This document shows, piece after piece, positions 7,979-14,699 of a DNA stretch of 15,619 nucleotides. Position 1 is the first letter of the stretch. Each line of letters opens with the position of its first letter. The stretch spans positions 1 through 15,619 of the forward strand of contig JAVBQR010000186.1 in assembly GCA_031548865.1 (NCBI GenBank), given 5' to 3'. This DNA comes from Planctomycetota bacterium. Its GTDB lineage: Bacteria > Planctomycetota > SZUA-567. The position numbers and the translations under genes were made by a program. Under the pieces are notes generated by a model. The model saw nothing but the letters and a program-made list of their open reading frames with translations, was not told where the DNA came from and searched no databases.

Positions 7979-8229
7979 TACATGTACTCCGCAAAATCTT
8001 CCAATGGCGCGTCAAAGTCGTCTGAAGTCCAAATCTGACCTTCGTATATGCCATATAGCTCAGCTATTCGATTCTTGGGTTTTGGCGGCTTATCCTGAGT
8101 CTGTTTATCCTTGGCTTCGACTATCAAGGTAATAACGGCAGCACCTGTAGGGCAATCCGCGGGAAGTTCCACGTCCAAATTAATTTTATGACTTGTTGGA
8201 ATGTAAACCTCTTTCGTTATAGTGCTCAT
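7978..8229 (-). CDS. VapB-type antitoxin partner of VapC, with a C-terminal SDDFDAPLEDFxEYM motif
   Basis: The 83-aa ORF is translationally coupled to vapC. Its RBS is GTGGAGtacaacATG. The conserved C-terminal motif IWTSDDFDAPLEDFAEYM is characteristic of small antitoxins found with PIN toxins. Confidence 0.7.
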   Translation of the reverse strand: MSTITKEVYIPTSHKINLDVELPADCPTGAAVITLIVEAKDKQTQDKPPKPKNRIAELYGIYEGQIWTSDDFDAPLEDFAEYM

Positions 8230-8310
8230 AGTTGTACTCCACGTACTGTTTTCCTTACTTCATCATACCAGTATTAGTAATCAATCGTAAGGATATCCGA
8301 AATTACCGCA

Positions 8311-8559
8311 TCACATATATTCCTTAAAATCTTCCAGTGGCGCGTCAAAGTCATCCGACATCCATACCTGACCTTTGTATATACCGCGCAATTCTGCCAT
8401 TCGGTTCAGGGGCTTACCGTCCTTGCCAAGGGCTGGGCCCTTGGGCTTGATAATTATAGTCATCTCGACCTCGCCCGTAATGCTTTCAGGCGGGAATTCC
8501 AAATCAAGGTTGATTTTGTGGTCGGGGGGGATGACAATCTTTTTTACTATGGTACTCAT
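8311..8559 (-). CDS. Second, paralogous VapB-type antitoxin (an orphan with no adjacent toxin of its own)
   Basis: The 82-aa protein is about 55-60% identical to the 7978-8229 product (MSTI-K---IP--HKINLD-E-P......YKGQVWMSDDFDAPLEDFKEYM). It has a strong RBS, AGGAGGAgcccctcATG. It is separated from the downstream antitoxin by an 81-bp spacer and is not followed by a toxin. Confidence 0.65.
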   Translation of the reverse strand: MSTIVKKIVIPPDHKINLDLEFPPESITGEVEMTIIIKPKGPALGKDGKPLNRMAELRGIYKGQVWMSDDFDAPLEDFKEYM

Positions 8560-8694
8560 GAGGGGCTCCTCCTAAATGCAGTCACCGGGAATTCGCTTTG
8601 CGTAGCTTAATTATCCGACTTTTTCGGCTGCTCATTTATTTTATTATATCTGTCCCGGCTTTACCACCAACCGTCCATTATAACGCGAGACCAC

Positions 8695-10908
8695 ATGCTG
8701 AACGACAAACTACCCGACAACCTCCGGAACCTCCTCGACGCACGTTATCCGGAGGGCCAAATTCGTTATTCGCAAACCTCCGACCTGGATATGGCCGGAC
8801 AATTCGGCACCGCCTACCTGGTCCTGAAAGGCGACCGTCTCCTGGTCCTCGACCAGGGCGACATCCTCCTGGATCTGGCCCTAGCCGACCTCAAGGAAAT
8901 CCACATCCGCGAGCTCCTCGGCGCCTCTTCCCTCGCGGCAGAGATGAAGAGCGGCGGCGAACGCCGGCTCATCAAATACTCGAAAACCCTGGTGCCGGAA
9001 TTCGGCGTTTTTTGCCGGCTGGTCAACAATATCCTCGATGGTTTGCCTGAAGTAACTCCAGAGCCCGAGGGCGAGGCCTATTGCCCGAATTGCCACAATC
9101 CCCTGCCGGAACGCGGCGTCACCTGCCCGAATTGCGTGAAATCCTTCGCCGTCTTCCGCCGCCTGATGGGTCTACTGAAGGATTATCGCGGCCGCCTGAC
9201 CGTCCTCATTATCTGCACGGTCATCGGAGTCTTCGCCGGGGTTATCCCCCCGATTCTCACCAAGGAAATCACCGACGGGGTCATCCTCGGGGGACAGCGG
9301 GACCGGCTGGAAGGTTTGGTCGGCTTGATGCTCCTGTGCGGCGTGGTCTTCTTTGTGGCGCGGTATGCCTCGACCTACCTGGCTTCCTGGCTGGCCAGCC
9401 GGCTCATTTCCGACCTCCGTTCCCGCCTCCACGCCCATATGCAGAAGCTGCGCATGGGTTACTTTTCGAAACGCGAAGCCGGCGAACTCGTCTCCCGGGT
9501 CATGCACGACACCCAGGAACTCCAGCACTTCCTCATCGACGGCTTGCCCTATCTGTTCGTGAATACCCTGTCCTTCTTCGCCATCGCGTACGTGTTGTGG
9601 GAGCTCGACTGGCGGCTCGCCCTGGTGGTGTTTGTGCCGGTGCCGGTGCTGGTTTTGGGAGTGCGCTGGATCTGGAAGAGCCTGCACGGGCTTTTCCAAA
9701 AGGAAGGCGCCCGCTGGGCGACCATGCATACGGTATTGGGCGAGTCCATGCGCGGTTTGAAGTCGGTCAAGGCCGCCGGCACCGAGGACGACCGCGCCGG
9801 CCGCTTCGCCGAACTCAACACCGACGTCTTCGGCCTGGTGGTGCGGATCGACCGGGCCTACGCCGGCTTTGCCGAAGGCACTTTCTGGATCATGTCCATC
9901 GCCGTGGCGGTGGTGTGGTATCTGGCGGCGAAACGGGTCTCTGCGCACGCTCCCGGCGAGAACCTCACCGTCGGTTCCATAACCGCCTACGTGGCCCTGA
10001 TGTGGCAGTTCTACACGCCGCTCCAGTGGTTCACGGTCATCGCCAATTGGATGAACCACGCCTTCGCCTCGGCCGAGCGCATCTTCACCGTTCTGGACGC
10101 CATTCCGGAAGTGTACGATCCCCCCCACGCCAAACCGGTCGGCCGATTCAAAGGTCATATCGAATTCAGGAACGTCCATTTCTCCTATGAACGCGGCAAG
10201 GAGGTCATCAAGGGAATCAGCCTGAATATCAACCCCGGCGAAATGGTCGGCCTGGTCGGGCGCTCGGGTGCGGGGAAGTCGACGATTATCAACCTTCTCT
10301 GCCGCTTCTTCGACGTCGATTCCGGCGAAATCCGCATCGACGACCGGCCCCTCAAGGACATGCGGCTCCTGGACCTGCGCCGGCAAATCGGCATCGTCAT
10401 GCAGGAGCCGTTCCTCTTCCGTGCCAGTTTGATGGATAACATTCGTTACGGGCACCCGGACGCCGATTTCGCCGCCGTCGTACACGCCGCCAAAGCCGCC
10501 CACGCCCACGATTTCATCGTCGACAAGGAATTCGGCTACGACACGCTGGTGGGGGAAGGGGGAATAACCCTCTCCGGCGGCGAGCGCCAGCGCATCGCCA
10601 TCGCCCGGGCGATCCTGCATAACCCCCCGATCCTGATTCTCGACGAAGCGACCTCGAGCGTCGACTCGGAAACGGAAAAGGCGATCCAGGACGCCATCGC
10701 CGATCTGATCCGTTCCCGCACCGTCGTGGCCATCGCCCACCGCCTGGCCACGTTACGCAACGCCACCCGCCTGGTGGTCGTCGACGAAGGCAAGATCGCC
10801 GAAACCGGCAGCCACGACGAACTCATCGCCCAAGACGGGATTTATGCGAACTTGGTCAAAACCCAGACCGAACTCAATAAGCTGCGGGCTGAGGTGAGTA
10901 TAACGTGA
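8695..10908 (+). CDS. ABC exporter (fused TMD-NBD, MsbA/type I exporter fold) with an extra N-terminal ~130-aa PH-like domain and a C4 zinc ribbon
   Basis: The 737-aa protein has an N-terminal region (LDMAGQFGTAYLVLKGDRLLVLDQG...IKYSKTLVPEFGVF) with a bacterial-PH/GRAM-like pattern. CPNCHNPLPERGVTCPNC is a zinc ribbon. Six predicted TM helices follow. Walker A is GRSGAGKST, the ABC signature is LSGGERQR, Walker B is ILILDEATS and the H-loop is IAHRL. Confidence 0.85.
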   Translation: MLNDKLPDNLRNLLDARYPEGQIRYSQTSDLDMAGQFGTAYLVLKGDRLLVLDQGDILLDLALADLKEIHIRELLGASSLAAEMKSGGERRLIKYSKTLVPEFGVFCRLVNNILDGLPEVTPEPEGEAYCPNCHNPLPERGVTCPNCVKSFAVFRRLMGLLKDYRGRLTVLIICTVIGVFAGVIPPILTKEITDGVILGGQRDRLEGLVGLMLLCGVVFFVARYASTYLASWLASRLISDLRSRLHAHMQKLRMGYFSKREAGELVSRVMHDTQELQHFLIDGLPYLFVNTLSFFAIAYVLWELDWRLALVVFVPVPVLVLGVRWIWKSLHGLFQKEGARWATMHTVLGESMRGLKSVKAAGTEDDRAGRFAELNTDVFGLVVRIDRAYAGFAEGTFWIMSIAVAVVWYLAAKRVSAHAPGENLTVGSITAYVALMWQFYTPLQWFTVIANWMNHAFASAERIFTVLDAIPEVYDPPHAKPVGRFKGHIEFRNVHFSYERGKEVIKGISLNINPGEMVGLVGRSGAGKSTIINLLCRFFDVDSGEIRIDDRPLKDMRLLDLRRQIGIVMQEPFLFRASLMDNIRYGHPDADFAAVVHAAKAAHAHDFIVDKEFGYDTLVGEGGITLSGGERQRIAIARAILHNPPILILDEATSSVDSETEKAIQDAIADLIRSRTVVAIAHRLATLRNATRLVVVDEGKIAETGSHDELIAQDGIYANLVKTQTELNKLRAEVSIT

Positions 10909-11023
10909 GGCGTAACGGTAAAGTACGACAGGCTTATGGCAGTCGTCTAAATATTTTAGTATAATGACACCGTTGAGCACCTCTAAATATAGCTGTTTTG
11001 CCCGCAGACGAGGAAGGGCGTAG

Positions 11024-11064
11024 TGGCAGCGTTTTGTAACACGCGGTGGTGGTTTGTGTTACAA
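11024..11064. promoter_or_regulatory. Perfect 14-bp inverted repeat (gcgttttgtaacac, 13-nt loop, gtgttacaaaacgc) in the intergenic region upstream of the HigB-like toxin; candidate operator or attenuator
   Basis: Read directly from the sequence. It lies 78-118 bp upstream of the 11142 start, and a TATAAT at 10960-10965 lies further upstream. Toxin-antitoxin operons are usually autoregulated through palindromic operators, which is established knowledge. Confidence 0.35.
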
Positions 11065-11141
11065 AACGCGAGAGCGAAACCCTGACGAAGTATCCGGGTA
11101 AAACGGCTTTTTTAGAGCTGCCCTGTTGAGGGGTAAGTGCT

Positions 11142-11471
11142 ATGTCCGAACAATGGCAGGTTGTATACCTGAATAATTTGGTGGAGGATGAATTCCATGG
11201 ATTGCCAAAGGATATTAAAGCCAAGTTTTCTCATGTTATAACTATGATTGAAGACTTAGGTTTGCCGACGCTCACCGAACCGTATGTCAAGCATATTGAA
11301 GGCAGAATATGGGAAATACGGGTAAAATCCAAAAGCGGACATGGACGAGGTCTTTATTGCACCACTGTGGGCAGGCGGGTCGTCATACTGCGATGCTTTA
11401 TAAAAAAAAGTGCGAAAACTCCCCAAGGCGAGTTACGTTTAGCAAAACGGCGCCTAACCGAATTGCAATAG
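11142..11471 (+). CDS. RelE/ParE-superfamily toxin of the HigB / Gp49-like (DUF891) type
   Basis: The 109-aa protein has the signature block ...GRIWEIRVKSKSGHGRGLYCTTVGRRVVILRCFIKKSAKTPQGELRLAKRRLTEL (R..YR..ILL.FxKKxxKTP..EI..A..R). The RBS is GAGGGGtaagtgctATG. Its GC content is below the window background. Confidence 0.65.
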   Translation: MSEQWQVVYLNNLVEDEFHGLPKDIKAKFSHVITMIEDLGLPTLTEPYVKHIEGRIWEIRVKSKSGHGRGLYCTTVGRRVVILRCFIKKSAKTPQGELRLAKRRLTELQ

Positions 11472-11504
11472 TATACCGCCCATTCCCTGTATGTGGAGAT
11501 AATC

Positions 11505-11687
11505 ATGGCTATGAAACGTATTCTCGACTCCCTCCCTGAATTGCTCAAAGACCCGGAATTCGCCAAAGCCTACCAGGATTGCGAACCAGAATTCGCCGAA
11601 TACCGGAGGAAGGTTCTCGCGCGCATGGAGGCCGAGAAGGCGGAGCGGGAGGCGGCCAATGAACTGGTGACGCATGACAAGGAATGA
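11505..11687 (+). CDS. Small acidic helical protein (60 aa) immediately downstream of the HigB-like toxin; a possible non-canonical antitoxin
   Basis: The ATG at 11505 follows GGAG at 11495-11498 with a 6-nt spacer. The product, MAMKRILDSLPELLKDPEFAKAYQDCEPEFAEYRRKVLARMEAEKAEREAANELVTHDKE, has no HTH signature. An 11-bp perfect hairpin follows it at 11703-11732. That this ORF is coding is uncertain. Confidence 0.35.
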   Translation: MAMKRILDSLPELLKDPEFAKAYQDCEPEFAEYRRKVLARMEAEKAEREAANELVTHDKE

Positions 11688-11702
11688 TGCCCCCAAATAA
11701 AT

Positions 11703-11732
11703 CGCGCCGTGGTCAGCCAAAACCACGGCGCG
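11703..11732. other. Perfect 11-bp stem hairpin (cgcgccgtggt, 8-nt loop, accacggcgcg) 16 nt after the small ORF's stop
   Basis: Read directly from the sequence. There is no T-tract on the plus strand, while an AUUUAUUU tract follows on the minus strand. It could be a transcript-end or stabilising hairpin, or a terminator for either orientation. Confidence 0.3.
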
Positions 11733-12236
11733 GTCTTCACTCCAGCCTGCGGGGCCTGTCTCCTCCTGGGTCGTTACCTTCTCCTTCCACAACCGACTTT
11801 TTTTTACCTCCTTTGCGCGCCGCGGCAGCAACTGATCCGCCGCCGCCGCAAAGCTTAGTAAGCGACTTTGTTAATTTTACTATAGCACACTAAACGTTCA
11901 ATGCAAACAACAATTTACGGATATTTACGAACAAAGTTGGAGTGACGCCGGAATTGCAACATATTGTATTTGAAATGGCAATATAAGCGAAGTCAAACCT
12001 CGGCCTGGCGACAGTCACTTTATGTAGAGAGAAAACGAGGAAGGAATAAAAGGGAAAGGCGCGGTAGACGCTAACGTAAACAGAAACGGCGCATTGCGGT
12101 AACGCGGTACAGCGGTGAAAGATGGGCAGCCCTTGAGCCATGCGCGTCCAAGCGACTCCTCAACACCACCCGGAAGGCGGTACCAGCCCCACGCCGTTTT
12201 CCAATGCCTGCTCGAAAACTCGCGATGATTGTTGGT

Positions 12237-12279
12237 CCGGCCCCGAACGCTAAAAAACGTTTCGAGGCCGGTTTTTTTT
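12237..12279 (+). terminator. Intrinsic terminator (ccggcc/ggccgg outer stem and cgaacg/cgtt(t)cg inner stem, then T8) closing the ~550-bp ORF-less region
   Basis: The sequence tccggccccgaacgctaaaaaacgtttcgaggccgg is followed by tttttttt at 12272-12279. It sits 10 nt beyond the queD stop on the opposite strand. The A-run inside the loop makes it only partly bidirectional. Confidence 0.45.
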
Positions 12280-12288
12280 GACTACCCT

Positions 12289-12657
12289 TCAAATCCCGTC
12301 GTACGTCGCCGCCGAGCGGGCCGACTCCCAAACCGTCACTTCGTGCATGCTCACCCCGTCCGGAAGCCGCGCACCCAGCGTTTCAAAGAGAAACGCGGCC
12401 AGATTCTCCGAGGTCGGGTTGACCCGATCGAACGGGGGCAGTTCGTTCAGAAAAATGTGATCCAGCCCGGACAAAATCTCGCGGAGAATCCGCTTCAGAT
12501 CGCCAAAATCCACCAGCATGCCCAAAGCGTCCAGCTTCGGCCCCTTGACCTTCAGCAGCACCCGCCAGTTATGACCGTGCAAATTTTCGCACCTGCCCTT
12601 GTAGCCGCGCAACTGGTGCGCCGAGGCGAATTCCTCTTCGACCTGCAGATAATACAT
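12289..12657 (-). CDS. queD: 6-carboxy-5,6,7,8-tetrahydropterin synthase QueD (PTPS family)
   Basis: The 123-aa protein starts at ATG 12657-12655, preceded by AAGGAGtggttc. The six-frame ORF extends to 12735 but lacks an RBS there. It has the diagnostic CENLHGHNW (CxxxHGH) motif. Zinc ligands are His in SAHQL plus the HGH pair, and it has LDHIFLNE. It lies 14 nt downstream of the flotillin-like gene. Confidence 0.8.
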   Translation of the reverse strand: MYYLQVEEEFASAHQLRGYKGRCENLHGHNWRVLLKVKGPKLDALGMLVDFGDLKRILREILSGLDHIFLNELPPFDRVNPTSENLAAFLFETLGARLPDGVSMHEVTVWESARSAATYDGI

Positions 12658-12673
12658 GAACCACTCCTTGCTT

Positions 12674-14593
12674 TCACTTTTTCCCGCCGCCTTGCTGCAA
12701 GCCTTTCGCCCCGCCGATTTCCGCCAGGGAGGCATTCTTCAAATCCGTCCACAGCGTGCCGTCGCCGGCGTGGATAAGGTTTATCTTCATATCGGGGTTC
12801 AACTGGCTGGCGAACTCGTACAGCGCGTAACCGCCGCCGCCATCGCCGAACGCCTCCACCTTCATGCCGAAGCCCTTCGCCTTCTCCTCCTCGACCAGGC
12901 GAACCGCATCGGCGCTAGCTTCGCCGAGGGCGATGGTGCGCTGGGCGTCCACGGCGGCGGTTTGTTTGTCGATCGACGCCACTTCCTTCTGGGTCTCGGC
13001 CTGGATCGTCGCCACCGTCTTATGCATTTCCGCGTCGATTTCCGCCTTCAGCTTTTGCGTTTCCTGCGCCACCTGCTCCCCCGACTGGCGAATGAGGGAC
13101 ATTTCCCGGTTCAAATCGGCCTGCTTTTTCGCGGTGTTCTGCTTTTCCTTGTTGGTGAGGTCCGTTTCCTTCGACAAACTCGCCACCCGCAAGGGCTCCA
13201 AAATCTGGGCCGGGACATTGACGTTGCGGATAAGGGCGCTATGAATCAGCAGGTTCTTTTCCCCAAGGCTGATTTTCAGGGCGTCCGTAAGATCGTTCTG
13301 GAATTTTTCCCGGCCTTCGCCGGCGATGAAATCGACGGCGCGGTAGGCCGAACCTTTCAGCCGCGACACCGAGAGAATCTGCGGCATGAGGATTTTGTCC
13401 ACCACCGCCGGCAGGTCGCCGTAATCGCGGTAAATCGCGGCCAGGCGCTCGGGGCGGAGTTCAAACTCGACCGTCATGTCGAGGGAAATGTCGAAGCCGT
13501 CCCGCGAAGGGAAATTGACGAATTGGTTCAGGATAAAGGCCGGCGGCACGTCCTTGTCCATAACCGGCGTCCGGCCGGGAGCGGCCGAGGGAGCCTGGCC
13601 GGCAGGCAGGTTTTTCACGATTATCCGCCGTGCCGCGGCGCCGGGATCGTTCGCGAACGAATCGACGTATTCGGACAAGCCGCCGCCCAAAGCGTCCCTG
13701 TCCCGCTGAGCCATGGGCGCGGCCTGCGGCCTGGGCGCCGGCGGCTTGGGCATTTGCGCCGGGGCGACAAAGTTCGACGCGGCGCTCTGATACTCTTCGC
13801 GGCGGCGTTTCTGTTCTTCGAGAACGTTTTGGTTGAGGCGCTGGATCATCTGGTTGTTTTCGTCCATCACCACGTTTTTAGTCAACACCACCGTGCCGGC
13901 CTGGCCGACCAACGACACCTGGTTCACCCCCACTTCCACCGCCGAGACCTGGTACTCGCGGGGATTGAGGTAATAAATCCCCGGCTGCAGCACGTTTTCG
14001 CGGACCCCCTTCTGCCCCGGTTTCGCGAACGCCCCTTCCAGTGCCGGACCGCCCGACAAATTGGTGACGATCCCGGCAAAGCCGACCGGAATCGACACCG
14101 CGTCAATGATGTCAATCGTATAGCCAATCGGATTCAGCCGGTAACGGCCAGGCCCCAGAACCCGCCGCCAAGTGCCTTTTTGCCCCGGTTCGGCCAGGAA
14201 TTCCCCGGGTGGGAGGTTGTCGCCGACCAGCGAAGTGACGATGCCGATTTTTCCCGGCGGGATAAACTGGGCGTCGACGATTTCCCAATCGTAAAATATG
14301 GGGTTCCAGATATGCCGGCCTTCGCCGAGTGGTTCTTCCAGCACGCCCTTTTGCCCGGGCTTGGCGAGAATCTGTCCGGGCGGGAGCGCCTTCCCCGACT
14401 TGGCGGTGATGATCGCCATCTTGCCGGGACCGACGTAAAAGCGGCAGAACCCCCAGGACCAAATCGCCCAGGCGGCCAGGAGGATTATGACGAGCATTCC
14501 CAACAGGCCGATACGCCGGAAGCCGGGTTTACGGGCGGGACTGAGGATTTCGGTGCCGATTACGGTGGCGTCGGCGTCTTTGAGGGTGGACAT
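12674..14593 (-). CDS. Flotillin-like SPFH/band-7 membrane protein with a triplicated N-terminal beta-segment repeat and a C-terminal coiled coil
   Basis: The 639-aa protein has an N-terminal TM helix (IGLLGMLVIILLAAWAIWSW). Three tandem ~57-aa repeats follow (xIPPGKIGIVTSLxG..LPPGEFLAxPGQKGxxxxVLxPGxYxLNPxxY). These resemble the N-terminal VPxGxxGVVxRFG...LxPGLHF strand region of SPFH domains. The remainder of the SPFH domain follows (FDISLDMTVEFEL...ALIRNVNVPAQILEPLR). A Gln/Glu/Ala/Lys-rich coiled coil and a Gly-rich tail end the protein. The RBS is ACGGAGccccccATG. Confidence 0.7.
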   Translation of the reverse strand: MSTLKDADATVIGTEILSPARKPGFRRIGLLGMLVIILLAAWAIWSWGFCRFYVGPGKMAIITAKSGKALPPGQILAKPGQKGVLEEPLGEGRHIWNPIFYDWEIVDAQFIPPGKIGIVTSLVGDNLPPGEFLAEPGQKGTWRRVLGPGRYRLNPIGYTIDIIDAVSIPVGFAGIVTNLSGGPALEGAFAKPGQKGVRENVLQPGIYYLNPREYQVSAVEVGVNQVSLVGQAGTVVLTKNVVMDENNQMIQRLNQNVLEEQKRRREEYQSAASNFVAPAQMPKPPAPRPQAAPMAQRDRDALGGGLSEYVDSFANDPGAAARRIIVKNLPAGQAPSAAPGRTPVMDKDVPPAFILNQFVNFPSRDGFDISLDMTVEFELRPERLAAIYRDYGDLPAVVDKILMPQILSVSRLKGSAYRAVDFIAGEGREKFQNDLTDALKISLGEKNLLIHSALIRNVNVPAQILEPLRVASLSKETDLTNKEKQNTAKKQADLNREMSLIRQSGEQVAQETQKLKAEIDAEMHKTVATIQAETQKEVASIDKQTAAVDAQRTIALGEASADAVRLVEEEKAKGFGMKVEAFGDGGGGYALYEFASQLNPDMKINLIHAGDGTLWTDLKNASLAEIGGAKGLQQGGGKK

Positions 14594-14614
14594 GGGGGGC
14601 TCCGTTGATCAAAA

Positions 14615-14640
14615 AGACCTTTGCCGCATTTCTCCGGCAA
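14615..14640 (-). terminator. Putative intrinsic terminator for the CheD-REC gene (9-bp stem, 8-nt loop, then UCUUUUU on the minus strand)
   Basis: On the plus strand cctttgccg-catttctc-cggcaaagg is preceded by aaaaaga. On the minus strand this reads hairpin then tctttttga. It lies 60 nt after the CheD-REC stop. Confidence 0.4.
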
Positions 14641-14699
14641 AGGCCATTGTATCAAAATTTGCGCCCCGAACCAAACAAAACTCCGCTCAGGCGTCGCCC

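Noticed and set aside
9172-10740. 522-aa minus-strand ORF inside the ABC transporter gene, plus the 9081-10190 plus-strand alternate frame
   Set aside because: The ABC exporter frame has Walker A and B, the signature motif and TM helices. The overlapping ORFs are compositional artefacts.
11890-12141. 83-aa minus-strand ORF (MAQGLPIFHRCTALPQ...) as a gene in the ORF-less region
   Set aside because: Low-complexity translation rich in Phe, Val, Ser and Tyr. The nearest Shine-Dalgarno is 14 nt from the ATG. It spans the AT-rich core, where long stop-free runs arise by chance.
11690-12290. Possible tRNA, tmRNA or CRISPR array in the ORF-less region
   Set aside because: No GTTCGAATC-like T-loop, no cloverleaf-compatible inverted repeats, and no regularly spaced direct repeats anywhere in the window.
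12658-12735. 5' extension of the queD ORF to 12735 (MPPWRKSAGRK...)
   Set aside because: The extension overlaps the 3' end of the upstream gene and lacks an RBS. The internal ATG at 12657 has a strong AAGGAG RBS and yields a canonical 123-aa QueD.
12656-14608. 650-aa plus-strand ORF and the 12229-12777 ORF, both antisense to the flotillin-like gene and queD
   Set aside because: Arg/Gly/His-rich low-complexity translation with no motifs, fully overlapping well-supported minus-strand genes. Judged to be shadow ORFs.
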